64,000 bases of DNA from the human T2T-CHM13v2.0 reference genome, Homo sapiens (GCF_009914755.1 NC_060925.1), one strand, 5' to 3'. Positions 43,807 through 58,859 are shown, counted from the first letter of the stretch. The notes: generated by a model not told the origin, from the letters alone. Program-made: numbers and translations.

Positions 43807-44276
43807 AGCTTACAGAAATAACTGATAAGTTATTTCTGAAGTCTGGATAGTATTGGAGTTGAAATGCAGAATTTCTCTGCAGTCTTATGTTTTAATTTTT
43901 AAATCAAATTTTGGATGTAATCTGCATTATGAAATTTTAAAAAATTACTTACCAGTGAATTCAACTTAGAATTTTTTCCCACAATTTCAAGACAAACTGA
44001 TACTCCACGGCAAAATGAGCCTGGCCAATCCTGAGGCTCTGGGTCCCCCTTGGTACTGTGAACCCCAGGGCTGTAACTCTAATGGGTAAATGTGGAATTT
44101 TGATATCACAAAAAATATCACCTTGTGTCAAAATGCATCATACAGACAATATCTACAAGGGCTGCTCAGGAAAGGCCAAAATGTTTGGAAAGACTACATG
44201 GAGCCAGCTGTAAAAAGCATGATTCAAACTGGTGCCAAACATCTAAGCTAGCTAAGCTGTAGGATACAATTTTTGC

Positions 44277-44282
44277 TTTATT
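44277..44282 (-). terminator. Proximal polyadenylation signal AATAAA
   Basis: tttatt on + strand at 44277-44282, about 1.9 kb after the stop codon. Confidence 0.65.
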
Positions 44283-46190
44283 TATAATTTTTTTTTTTCA
44301 ATTAGGAAACTGAGACTTAAGAATTTTCTCTAAAAAAAATAAAAACTGGAAAACAAGTAATTTTAGAAACAAATATATATTTTTGATAGAAACTGTAAGT
44401 AAATATTCAGTACTACCAGAAATATACTATCTTCAACTCTCGGCTTTTTTCCAAAAGATACAGAATCATTTTTTGGAAAAGATACAAGATGTACAGACAA
44501 ATCACATTCATACCTTACAATTTAAATTCATAATGAACAATGAATATTTTCATATTTTCCAGAAGTTTGAAATTTCAAAGTTGTTAGCAAAATTATTCAT
44601 TTCCATAATTTTTACGAGTAAAAATAGAAAGAGCTGATCATGTACCTTAATATTGTCACTTTATATATTACTCAAAAGTACAAATAACCCTAAAAGTAGA
44701 ATCCCAGGCTTATCATATTATAAAAATACTGAGACATTTATCAAACATAACTAATATAAATGAAACTACATTTTTAAAAATGTTTCACAAACACCAGTCC
44801 ATCTTTCTCTTTGGTTCAGAAAATAAAAGAGGTAGGTTCAAATAAAGAAAATGCCTATTACATCATTAGATTTTCATTAAAATGCTGGAAATTTATAACA
44901 GAAATTATTAGAAGTGAAATGAGTTTAAGAACTAAATTAAAAACTGATAATAACTTCAACTAGTAAATATTTTTCTAAGTTCTAATCACACAAATAAGAA
45001 AAGATAGTTGACTATAAAAATGGCTTTAGTAAAATAAAAAAATGCTCTCATTATTATAAATTAAGTCTCCTATATCCTAACATGTTCCTAAAACTTGGGG
45101 CAAGAGAGAATATGAATGTATATGTTTACAAATTGGGCCTTTCATTTAAATATAGGTATCTAATGTATAAGAGTAATACATACTACTATTAATATGTATC
45201 TCTCACCTTTGTGCTGCCCATATTGAAAACAGCAAGTTCAAAGATATTCAACAGTGAGGGAGAAATAAGCACATCATTTGCTCATGATCAATCCACTTCA
45301 TGCAATTAAAAAAGAAATTTCAGGTTACTAAGAATGGTCCCAAGAAGTCTTCCTGACTAAAACGGAATCTGATTCAAAAGGTAGGAAACAAAGGACAAAG
45401 GAAAACAAAGATGCTCTGCAGAAGCTGATACAAGTCAAAGGATTTCGTTTCCTGCTGCTTTTCAAAGCAATGGCAGGATAAACGGAATCTTTCAAATAAA
45501 TTGCCTTGTGTTGGTAATTTAACAGTAATATACTGAAAATTAGTGTATAACTCCAGGAACCAAATAATGGTACAGTGGTAAAATGGAAAAGTGCCCACTG
45601 AAATAAATATAATTTCATCACTTCCCTTCAGAAATTCCACCACTGTGTTCATTCGTATTCAGCTGAAAGAAAAATAAGGACATAAACCCTATACTTATTT
45701 GGATGCTTTTGCTGTAAGGTATATTTTAAATGTAATGATTTTCTATTAATGGTTCTATAAGGAAATTTAAAGAAATCTATAAAGACATTCAAAATATATA
45801 AAACAAGAAATTTAAATATAAAGGAACTGGCATAAACGTAAACCACCCGAAATAAAGATTAATGATTTATAACTCTAACACACAAAACAAATTTTGTTCA
45901 AGCCAGTACATTTTCAGATTTCGGATTCAGGGCAGAGATTTGCAGGATTATTAAGAAAAGATAAAGTATAATTGTGTGGCCTTTTCAAAACACATTAAAA
46001 CTATGATTTTGAACATTTCTGTGTACATATAATTTAGCCCAAAAGTTTGAAGTGACCATTGTTACCATCTTCCCTTTTGTGAAAAAAATGCAGCTTCTTT
46101 TGCCATAGACTTGTTTCAATTCGAGGAGAAAAAGTCACTCCAGAGATTGTTGAAAGTTTCAATTATCAGGCTAAAGCAAAAAATGCAACA

Positions 46191-46400
<210 letters not shown>

Positions 46401-46589
46401 TTAATATTCAAGTATGTTTCATTATTATGACAACAAACAATTATGACCCAGAATGATATTCTAAAATACAGTAAAAGGACAACATTTATTCCAAGAAGCC
46501 CAAGACAACATCCCTTTTATGATCCTCTTTGTATAGCACCTAACAGTGAGTGTCCTAACTATAGTAATGATGGTAATAATAGTTATTTA

Positions 46590-47830
46590 TTAATTACTAT
46601 GTTCTAAATACTGGGTTAATTACCTTCCATACCAATCTTGCAAGGTAAATGTTATATCAATTTTGTAAGTGAGCAATTGGAGGCTTAGAAAGATGGAGAA
46701 ATTTGTCCTAAAAAAATCTAAGTAGAAAATGGTAGGGCTGAGATCCAATGGTCTGACTCCAAAGCTGGTACACTTTCCACCACCCCACAGTGCTGCTGCT
46801 GCCTCCTTCTTACTAGACAAGCGCTGAAGAGAGAACAGTTAAATCTCAGGAAGTAAGGGGAGTATGGAAGAAGCTCTGGGAAGCTTGGGAAAAAGCACAA
46901 AGACCTGGGCCTTGGAAATGACCTCAACAAGCAGGAAGAGAAAGCGAAAACCAGTGTTGCTGGCACAACCAAGACAACGGGAGGAGTACCATGTGCTATG
47001 GAGATGCAGCCAATTGTTGTATGTGGTTATTACACAGAGAGTGAACAAAGTGGGGCTAGATTATTAAAGGCTTTGAAATTCCCACTAACAACTTTGGAAC
47101 TGACACCGAAAGGCTGCAAAGATGTCTGAACAGATGTAAAATGATCAGACTTTTAGGTCAGAAATGACAGTCTATCAGCCATAGACAATCTATCAGCCGT
47201 ATCAGTCATGCAAAGTTCTGGATCAGAGCTGGCAGACAGGAGGGTTAGAATCAGACTGCATGTGTCTGAATTTCAGTCCCACTATTTACCACAGGTATAA
47301 TCTTGTGGGAGTTACTTAAATTCTCTCTGCCCCAGTTGCTCATCTGAAAAATGGGGATAATGTTAGTATTCCCATCCCCAAGATGGTTATGATGGTGAAA
47401 TGAGAGAATACACAAGAAACGTGTAGTTCACTACTTTGTGTTTTTCTCTACAGCCATGACTGTCTCTCAGCTCCTTAAATACACCATGTTGGTGCCTGCC
47501 TCAGTGTCTTCACACATGCTTTCCCTCAACTGGAATGTTTTCTGTTCCCACTCCACTGGCCTGTGCCCAGCTAACTCCCACTCATCTTTCCAGTCTCAGC
47601 TTCACTGACAGCATTCTGCAGCGCCCAAGTTAGGTTATAGCTCCTTGCTCTGTGCTCCCCTAACAAAAGAGGAGTTGGTTTAACCAGGTTGTTTACTTGC
47701 TGGACATAACGTCTTCTCTACTCTACACTGGCGGGGCCACACCTGACTTGTTGACTGCTCTACCCCTAGCATCTGGCAGTGTCTAGAATGGGACAATGGC
47801 TCAGGGAGTATTTGCCAATTAGTTACTGAC
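46590..47830. mobile_element. MIR and L2 fragments in the last intron
   Basis: MIR core gttacttaaattctctctgccccagttgctcatctgaaaaatggggataat; L2 3' text. Confidence 0.65.
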
Positions 47831-48568
47831 TGCTTGGCTGGGGTTGCTGTGGCTGGCACTTGGAAGGGAGGTTGGGAATAGAGCTGTAGATGCCCAAGGT
47901 GTACTACTTAAGAAAACAATGGATAAGACTGACCAGGGAAAGCATCAAAGAGAAAAGAAAGGCATTTGAATGCATACTTTAATAGAGTGGGGATAGCAAT
48001 AAAAGCCAGCAAATGGTAAAAGTTATCAATGGGCTGGCAGAACAACCAGGATGGTACAGTGTAATCAAAGCCAACAATGGAGACAGTGTCACAGTGAGGA
48101 GGAATCACAGCTCAAAACTTGTAGGGTCTACGCAACACTAAAAAATGATTCCAACCACCATTTACCAAAAATTTAACAAACCCAAGATGCTTTATTTATA
48201 TTGTTGGTAATTCTTACAACACTGTACAATTTTCATTCCCATTAAAAACCCCAAGAAGTCTGAGGCAAGGATCTGAACCCAAATCCATCAGATACTAAAG
48301 CTTATAATCTTAAAACGTGCATGTAACACAGTCAAAAAAAATAGTACTCTGTTTATCTATAAGGCATATGTATGCATACAGTACATATGCAATGCTTCTG
48401 TCGCATTAAAATTTCATGACGAGGGAGCATTTAGAAAAAGAATTTCTGAAAAGATTCCTTAAGGAGGCAATAATGAAAAAAAGGTTGAGAAATACTGTCT
48501 TAAAACTACAGTCTGCATCTTAGTAGAACTTGGAGTTCTAAAAGCACATTACTGGTGCAGCACTTTTA

Positions 48569-48775
<207 letters not shown>

Positions 48776-49167
48776 TTAACGAACTCTACAACTTCAACGT
48801 AAACATTTTCACAGCTATTCTCAACCTCATGAGAAGCCCCGTTTCTGCAGGATGAGGCCACACATTTGCAGAAGCAGCAGGCACTGCAGGAGGCGGTGAC
48901 TCTGTGGAGAGGTGGGAGGCCACTGGGGGTGCGGAACACATGAGGTTTGCACCGGTTACTGACATTCTTCTAAACAAACGTGAACTGCGCAGCAAACGCT
49001 GCAGGATCTAAAGAACACCTCTTATGGTGAGTATTAATAAAATAATATAATTCTACTAATTGTATCTCATTTTACACGTTACATATATTTCATTTGAGCC
49101 TTACAGAAACTCTTACATAAATCTATTATTCTGATTTTAGAAATGAGAAAAATTCATCTCAGCGGAG

Positions 49168-49452
49168 TTTTTGTTTGTTTTTTTGAGATGGAGTCTCGCT
49201 CTTGTCACCCAGGCTGTAGTGCAGTGGCCCAATCTCTGCCTCCCAGGTTCAAACGATTCTTCTGCCTCAGCCTCCTGAGTAGCTTGGATTACAGGCACCC
49301 ACCACCACGCCCAGCTAATCTTTGTACTGTTAGTAGAGACAGGGTTTCACCATGCTGGCAAGGCTGATCTCAAACTCCTGACCTCAGGTGATCCGCCCGC
49401 CTCGGCCTCCCAAAGTGCTGAGATTATAGGCATGAGCCACCACACCAGGCCC
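49168..49452 (-). mobile_element. AluSx/Sq-like element with a small right-arm deletion
   Basis: Alu dimer; caatctc|tgcctccc junction lacks ggctcactgcaacctc. Confidence 0.9.
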
Positions 49453-49740
49453 AGAGTTTTTTTAAGAAGGACTCAGAACCAGGCGTGCTGATCAAAAGGC
49501 CATACTTTATCCCTGTTACTCTAGGTCCCTGTATTTCATTAGAAGGCAATAATTAGGAGAAACTGTATAAAATATATATGATAATCAACTTTTTAAACAT
49601 AAGATACTTTAAGTATAAAATACATGTTAATATGTTATATAACAAGTTTAACTTTTTAATTTTTTAATCCTGTAAGACTAAAAATTTTAAATCCTACAGG
49701 ATTAAAAAATTATCTCAATGGATTAAAAAATCCATTGAGT

Positions 49741-52420
49741 GCATTTCTCAATGGAAATCTTGCAGGTTAGAAGGAAATGGAATGTTATATTCTATGTTTT
49801 GAAACTTAAAAAAACTGTCAAACAAAAATACTGTATGGGCAAAACTGCCCTTCAAAAAAGGAGAAATTAAGACTGTCCCTGACAAACAAAAGCTGATACA
49901 GCTTATCACCACTAGACCGGCCCTACAAGAAAGGCTAAAAGGAGAAACAAAAGGATGATAAATAGCAACACAAAACCACAAAATATGAAACTCTATGGTA
50001 AAGGTCAATATTTAGAATATTATAAAATCCTATAGTATTGTAATGAAGGTATATAAATAACTTGAAAATCTAAATTTCAAAAACAAAATTTAAACAGAAT
50101 TTAAAGAAGAAAAGCATAAAAAGTAACTATAAATCTATGTTAAGGATATACAATATCAAAAGACATAAAGTTTGTGGGGAGGAGGTGAAATATGTAAAGA
50201 AATAGAGTTTTATATACCACTGAAGTTAAGTTGTAAACAGCTTAAAATAAGTTGCTATAACTTTAGTATGCTTTATGTAGTTGCAATGGTAACCACAAAA
50301 ATAGCATCTATAGAATGCACACAAAGGGAAATGAGAAGGGAATCAGAACATATCACTACAAAAAAAAAAAAAATCAACAAAACACAGAAGAAGCCAGGAA
50401 GAGAGGAAGGGAAAAACAGAAAAGCCACAGGACAAAGATAAAAAGGTAGCTAGCCAAATGACAACAGTAAGTCCTTCCCTATCAGTAACTGCTTTAAATG
50501 TAAATGGATTAAATCCCCTAATTAAAAGATATAAATTGCTGAGTGAATAACACATACAGAATCAACTATACCTTATCTATGAGACTCACTTTAGATCTAA
50601 GGACACACATAAGCTGAAAGTGAAAGGATGGAAAAAGATATTCCATAAAAACGGGAACCCAAAGAGAAAAGGGGTGGCCATAATTACATCAGACAAAATA
50701 GACTTTAAGACACAAACTGTCACAAGAGACAAAGATGGACATTACATAATGATAAATGGGTCACTTTACCAGGAAGAAATTATAACTTCATATGGACCTA
50801 ATATTAAGCTCCTAAATATATGAAGCAAACACTTACAGAACTGAAGGGAGGAATAAACAGCAACACAGCAATAGTAGTAGACCACCACCCCACTTAATGG
50901 TGTTGGGGAGGACATGGAGAAATTGGAATCTTGGTGTACATTGATAGAAATGTTAAAAAACAAAAAGGTCTAGTTACTATGGAAAATGACATGGAGGTTC
51001 CTCAAAAACTTAAAAATAGAATTACCATTTGACCCAGAAATTCCACTTCTGAGTATATGTCAAAAAGAACTGAAAACAGTATCTTGAAGAGATATTTGCA
51101 CAACCATGTTCACTGCAGCACTATTCACAATAGTCAAGATGTAGAAACAATCCAAATGTCCATCAACAGATGAATAAAGAAAATGTGATATATATACCCA
51201 ACAAATTATTATTCAGCCTTAAAAACAAAAAAGTCCTGTTGTATGCTATCATATGGATGAATCATGAGGAAACTATGTTACATGAAATAAGCCAGTCACG
51301 GAAAGAGAAATACCACATGATTTCACTTATACAAGGTATTTAATGTAGTCAAACTCATAAAACGAGAAAGTAGGTTACACAGCGCTGGGGTGAAGGGGAA
51401 ATTGGGAGCTGTTGTTTAATGACTATAGAGTTTAAGTTTTGAGAAGTGAAAAAGTTCTAGAGATCTGTTGCACAACAAACCACAAACAGTTAACACTTAC
51501 TGTACTATATATTTAAAAATGGTTAAAATCATAAACTTTATGTTATGTGTTTTTAATCACAATTTTTTAAAAAACTCAGCACAAGAAGTAAAGTCCTGAA
51601 CCATACCACCTCACACCTAAGAGGACGGCCATAATAAAAATAAGCTTTTTTAAAATGGAAATTAAGTGTTAATAAGGACGTGGAAAAACTGGAACCTTTG
51701 TATGTTGCTGGTGAGAATGTAAGTGCAGCCACTATGGAAAACAGTCTGATAGTTCCTAAAAGCTAAACACAGAATGACCATATGGCTCAGCAATTCCATT
51801 CTGAGATATATACCCAAAGGAATTGAAGGCATAGACTCGAACAGATACGCAGATGCCAATGTTCACTGCAGCATTATTCACAATGTTGGAAAAGTAGAAA
51901 TAATCCAAATGCTCTTCAACAGATGAAGGACTAAACAAAATGTGGTATATACACATAACGGAATATTACTCAGCCATGAAAAGAAATGAAGTTCTGATAC
52001 ATGCTACAACATGAACAAACCTTAGAGACATTATGCTAAGAGTAATAAATCAGACACAAAAAGAAAAATACTGTATGATTCTACTTATAAGATATCTTGA
52101 ATGGGTAAATTCCTAGACATAGAAAGCAGATTAGAGGTTACCAAAGGTTTGAGTTACGGAGGGTAGGAAGTTATTGCTTAAAGGTTAAGGTGTTTCTGTT
52201 TGGAGTGAGGAAAAGGATTTGGAAATAGTGTTGATGGTTGCACAATATTGTGAATGTAATTAATGCCACTGAATTGTACACTTAAAATTAGTAAAATGGC
52301 AAATTTTATATTTTATAATAATTTTTAAAAATTATGTAAGAAGCCAAAAACCATTTGCTTGTACACTTCAAATGAGTGAAATGTAAGGAATATGAACTAA
52401 ATCTCAATAAAGCTCTTTAA
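49741..52420 (+). mobile_element. L1MA/L1MB fragments (ORF1 end, ORF2 start, two 3' ends), antisense to SLC25A24
   Basis: ORF 50620..50823 (KGWKKIFH...SDKIDFK...RDKDGHYIMI) is the L1 endonuclease N-terminus; two L1M 3' UTRs. Confidence 0.85.
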
Positions 52421-53072
52421 AAAAAAAATTCGACTCTTCTTTTCATTACACATTCCACTCTTCCTCTACGCTGTAGCTTAGGTCTCATCCTAACATGCAC
52501 CCTGGCTCATGTCTGTCGCAGCACAGATAACCACGCTGAGTTTTAGTCGTTTGTCTCCCCCACCAGACCTTCAGTTTCTTCAAGGCACACATTGAGTCCT
52601 TTGAATCCCCAGATCCAGTGTCTAACCTAGTGGTTTGTATAGTGTGTGCTCAATAATTGTTTGTGAGATTCATAAATTATTAAATGATTTAGATTGCAGG
52701 GTTGATCCAAGATTTGTATTCTTCCGTACAAGGAATGAAACTGTATTACTCATGTTAGTCACATTAGTCACTTGGCTTAATGTCAGATTTTTGCAAATCC
52801 AAAACAAAGGAAAAAATCTCTAGAAACACCTTTTAAGGTGAACAACTATACCTAACTTTGAGTCTACTCTTCATTAACAAAAGCAATTCCCAAGAAAATC
52901 TAATACAAAAGTGACCCCATGCATATTCACACTCAAGTTACTTGAAAGTTCAAATAACACATGCTTGAATTTACTTCTGGTCACACACTGTTTTCTGGTA
53001 TATATCTACTTCTTCATATAAAGTCCAATTCTAACAAGATCTAACTGCATTTTCCAATTCAAAAGATTTCTA

Positions 53073-53285
<213 letters not shown>

Positions 53286-53858
53286 TTAACTCTATCATCA
53301 TGGGATTCAAATGAAGTAATTTTACATGGAACAAATACCTAGCACATATTGTCACTCAAAAGACTGTACAATTTGTTGATACATTCTCTTTCATGTATTA
53401 CCTCTATTGGGGGGCTAAGACCAAAGCCAGAGAGACCCGTTTACTGCAAGGAGGATCTGATGAAGGAAGTGACCAAGGAAATGGAAGCAAGATAATCTAT
53501 TGATGTCTTAACAAAACTGACTGGTGACCACCTGCATCTGGAAGGTGAGGGAAATGGTAGTATAAAGGATAACCCCAATACTTCTAGCTTGGAACACAGG
53601 ATGGGGCAGTGGGGAGTTGGGAAGGTGATACTATTAACTGATATGGAGGATATGAGAGGAAAAATAGGTATTAAGTTTTTTTGAGAGGTGTGTGGAGTAA
53701 TATAAACAATCATATTAAGATGCTTAAAAAAAGCTGTATTAGCATGCATACCACATATCGGTGAAAATTGTATTTATCTTGCTTAAGTCATCAGTTACTA
53801 AAAACCCCTCTGCTATATCAATAAATTCCACATCTACAATATTATTTTTGCTATAAAG

Positions 53859-56800
53859 CAGTAGTTGGAAAACTTTTCCTGTAAAGACTAAATAGTAAAA
53901 TATCTGTCGTTGCAAGCCTAAAATATTAGGTCTCGGTTGTATATTACTTTTCTTTTCTTTTGTTTTTGCCTACTTTTTAAAAATTGTACTTTAAGTTCTG
54001 GGATACATGTGCAGAACGTGCAGGTTTGTTACATAGGTATACACGTGCCATGGTGGTTTGCTGCACCCATCAACCTGTCACCTACATTAGGTATTTCTTC
54101 TAATGCTATTCCTCCCCTAGCCCCTCATCCCCAAAAAGGCCCCAGTGTGTGATGTTCCCCTCCCTGTGTCCATGTATTCTCATTGTTCAACTCCAACTTA
54201 TGAGTGAGAACATGTGGTGTTTGGTTTTCTGTTCCTGTGTTAGGTTGCTGAGAATGATGGCTTCCAGCTTCATCCGTGTCCCTACAAAGGACATGAACTC
54301 ATCCTTGTTTATGGCTGCATAGTATTCCATGGTGTATATGTGCCATATTTTGTTTATCTAGTCTATCACTGATGGGCATTTGGGTTGGTTCCAAGTCTTT
54401 GCTATTGTGAACAGTGCTGCAATAAATATACGTGTGCATGTGTCTTTATAGTAGAAAAATCTATAATCCTTTGAGTATATAACCAGTAATGGGATTGCTG
54501 GGTCAAACGGTATTTCTGGTTCTAGATCCTTGAGGAATTGCCACACTGTCTTCCACAATGCTTGAACTAATTTACACTCCCACCAACAGTGTAAAAGCAT
54601 TCCTATTTCTCCACATATTTGCCAGCATCTGTTGTTTCCTGACTTTTTAACTAACTGGCGTGAGATGGTATGCCATTGTGGTTTTGATTTGCATTTCTCT
54701 AACAACCAGGGATGATGAGCCTTTTCTCACGTTTGTTGGCTGCATAAATGTCTTCTTATGAGAAGTGTCTGTTCATATCCGTCACCCACTTTTTGGTGGG
54801 TTTTTTTTTCTTGTAAATTTGCTTAAGTTCCTTATAGATTCTGGATATTAGCCCTTTGTCAGATGGATAGATTGCAAAATTTTTCTCCCATTCTGTAGGT
54901 TGCCGGTTCACTCTGATGATAGTTTCTTTTGCTGTGCAGAAGATCTTTAGTTTAATTAGATCCCATTTGTCAATTTTGGCTTTTGTTGCCATTGCTTTTG
55001 TGATTCAGTCATGAAGTCTTTGTCCATGCCTGTGTCCTGAATGGTATTGCCTCGGTTTTTTTCTAGGGATTTTATAGTTTAAGTCTATGTTTAAGACTTT
55101 AATCTATCTTGAGTTAATTTTTTTTTTATAAGGTGTAAGGAAGGGGTCCAGTTTCAGTTTTCTGCATATGGCTAGCCAGTTTTCCCAACACCATACATTA
55201 AATAAGGAATCCTTTCCCCATTGCTTGTTTTTGTCAAAGATCAGATGGTTGTAGACGTGTGGTGTTATTTCTGAGGCCTCTGTTCTGTTCCATTGGTCTA
55301 TATATCTGTTTGGTACCAGTACCATGCTGTTTTGGTTATTGTAGCCTTGTAGTATGTTTGAAGTCAGGTAGCGTGATGCCTCCAGCTTCGTTCATTTTGC
55401 TTAGGATTGTCTTGGCTATACAGGCTCTTTTTTAGTTTCATATGAAATTTAAGGTAGTTTTTTCTATTTCTGTGAAGAAATTCAATGTTAGCTTGATGGG
55501 GATATCATTGAATCTATAAATTACTTTGGGCAGTATGGCCACTGATTCTTCCTATGATATGATATTGATTCTTCCTATCCATGAGCATGAAATGTTTTTC
55601 CATTTGTTTGTGTCCTCTCTTATTTCCTTGAGGAGTGGTTTGTAGTTCTCCTTGAACAGGTCCTTCACATCCCTTGTAAGTTGTATTCCGAGGTATTTTA
55701 TTCTCTTTGTAGCAATTGTGGATGGGAGTTCACTCGTGATTTGGCTCTCTGTTTGTGTATTATTGGTTAATAGGAATGCTAGTGATTTTTGCACATTGAT
55801 TTTGTACCCTGAGACTTTGCTTTAAGTTGCTTATCAGCTTAAGGAGATTTGGGGCTGAGACAAGGAGGTTTTCTAAATATACAATCATGTCAACTGCAAA
55901 CAGAGACAATTTGACTTCCTCTTTTCCTATCTGAATACGCTTTATTTCTTTCTCCTGCCTGATTGCCTTGGCCAGAACTTCCAATACTACGTTGAATAGG
56001 AGTGCTGACAGAGGACATCCTTGTCTTGTGCCGGTTTTCAAAGGGAATGCTTCCAGCTTTTGCCCATTCAGTATGATATTGGCTGTGGGTTTGTCATAAA
56101 CAGCTCTTATTATTTTGTTATACATTCCATCAATAACTAGTTTAGTGAGAGTTTTTAACATGAAGTGGTGTTGAATTTTATCGAAGGCCTTTTCTGCATC
56201 TATTGAGATAATCATGCGGTTTTTGTCACTGGTTCTGTTTATTGATGAATTCCGTTATATTGATTTGCATATGTTGAACAGCCTTGCATCCCAGGGATGA
56301 AGCCAACTTGATCATGGTGGATAAACTTTTGGATGTCCTGCTGCATTCAGTTTGCCAGTATTTTATTGAGGATTTTCACATTGATGTTCATCAGGGATAT
56401 TGGCCTGAAATTTTCTATTTTGGTTGTGTCTCTGCCAGGTTTTAGTATCAGAATGATGCTGCCCTCATAAAATGAGTTAGGGAGGAATCTCTCTTTTTCT
56501 ATTGTTTGAATAATTTCAGAAGGAATGGCATCAGCTCCTCTTTGTACCTCTGGTAGAATTCGGCTATGAATCTGTCTGGTCCTGGGTTTTTTTTGGTTGG
56601 TAGGCTATTAATTACTGCCTCAATTTCAGAACATGTTATTGGTCTATACAGGGATTCAGCTTCTTCCTGATTTAGTCTTGGGAGCGTGTATGTGTCCAGG
56701 AATTTATCCATTTCTTCTAGATTTTCTAGTTTATTTGCATAGAGGTGTTTATAGTATTCCCTGATGGTAGTTTGTATTTCTGTGGGATTGGTGGTGATAT

Positions 56801-57165
56801 CCCCTTTATCATTTTTTATTGTGTCTATTTGATTCTCCTCTGTTTTCTTCTTTATTATTCTGGCTAGTTGTCTATTTTGTTAAACTTTTCATAAAAACAG
56901 CTCCTGGATTCAATGATTTTTGGAAGGGTTTTTCGTGTCTCTATCTCCTTCAGTTCTGCTCTGACCTTAGCTACTTCTTGTCTTCCGCTATCTTTTGAAT
57001 TTGTTTGCTCTTGCTTCTCTAGTTCTTTTAATTGTGATCTTAGGGTGTCGATTTTAGATCTTTCTCACTTTTTCCTGTGTTGCCCACTTTTTAAAAATGT
57101 AAAAGGCATTCTTAGGTCAAGGGCTGTATGAAACAGTCCGTAGGTCTGTGTTTTGCCAACCTATG
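53859..57165. mobile_element. MER58-family DNA transposon split by an L1 (halves about 53859-53984 and 57080-57165)
   Basis: cagtagttggaaaacttttcctgtaaag ... aaaaatgtaaaaggcattcttag...ttttgccaacc. Confidence 0.6.
53985..57079 (-). mobile_element. L1PA6/7-like, 5'-truncated 3.1 kb, sense to SLC25A24
   Basis: Broken ORF2 RT pieces ([36 protein letters not shown]; C-terminal HCWWECK); TSD ttgcc(t/c)actttttaaaaat. Confidence 0.93.
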
Positions 57166-57262
57166 CACTAATGAAAGGATGTCTAATTAGGATAATCACC
57201 ATATAATCAAATCCTGAGATTCCATTATTAAATTTATGGTACAGAAACTCTTTGGACAGGAA

Positions 57263-57940
<678 letters not shown>

Positions 57941-57960
57941 TTAAAATGCACATTACTACC

Positions 57961-58343
57961 TGCTGTGGACTGAGCTGCACCCCCACCAAATTCATATGTT
58001 GAAGCTGTAACCTCCCATGTGATGGTATTAGGAGATGAGGCTTCTGGAGGTAATTAGGGTTATGAGGTCATGAGGATGGAGCCCTCATGACAGGATCAGT
58101 GTTCTTGTAAGAGCAGACACCAGAGAGCCCACTCTCTCTCTCCCCCTTCACATGTGCACCAAGAAAAGACCATGTGAGCACATACCAGCTGTCTACAAGC
58201 TGAGAAGAGAACGCTCACTAGAAATCAAACTGGCTTGGCCCTTGATCTTAGGCTTTCCCGCCTCTGAAACTGTTAGAAATAAATTTCCGTTGTTGATTCC
58301 ACACACACTGTGGTATTTTATGGCAGCCCAAGCCAACTAGACA
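57961..58343 (+). mobile_element. MLT1A-type solo LTR
   Basis: tgctgtggactga...aaattcatatgttgaagc...atggcagcccaagccaactagaca. Confidence 0.85.
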
Positions 58344-58859
58344 ATCCTAGAATACAAATCAGCTCCTAGAAATCAATAAATTGACAAATGTGATGATGTG
58401 TCTCGAAATGTATACACTACATTAATAATACATAGCAGAAGAGCAAGGCCTAAATGCTAATACACGCAGTGACTGGACAGTGGTTTTCAAGTCAGATTTC
58501 CACAAAACACAGATGTCTCCCAGATTGGACCAAGTTGCTCCTTTGCTGAAACAGCATAACAGCATCCCTCCCCAGGTGTACAGAAAATACAAGGTTAATC
58601 AAGTTTTCACAATGTTTGGATATTTTCCCCACAGTTTTTAAAAGATGAGTTTATTTTCACCAGTGCAAATAAAATGAATAAATAGGTGACAAACAAATAT
58701 TAACAAAACAATTTATAAAAACAGTTTTTGTAGGTAATACATAGAATTATACTAACCTATCAAGCCCAGCATCTCCCTGGCTATCAGTACTAAAGTGACC
58801 CAACATAGCTAACTGGACCAAGGGTATAAATATGACCCCAATACAGCCAAAATAGTGAC

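Larger units (their letters stand above)
43581..46190 (-). other. SLC25A24: SLC25A24 3' UTR (AU-rich; short form ends near 44260, long form near 43580)
   Basis: Repeat-poor AT-rich sequence downstream of the stop codon. Ends are inferred about 15-20 nt past two AATAAA hexamers. Confidence 0.75.

Noticed and set aside
45328-45846. Minus-strand ORFs downstream of the SLC25A24 stop
   Set aside because: Short chance ORFs in AT-rich 3' UTR with no homology I recognise.
54358-56711. Reverse-transcriptase-like ORFs
   Set aside because: Frameshifted ORF2 pieces of a 5'-truncated L1PA; the catalytic FADD motif reads FAVD. Inactive.
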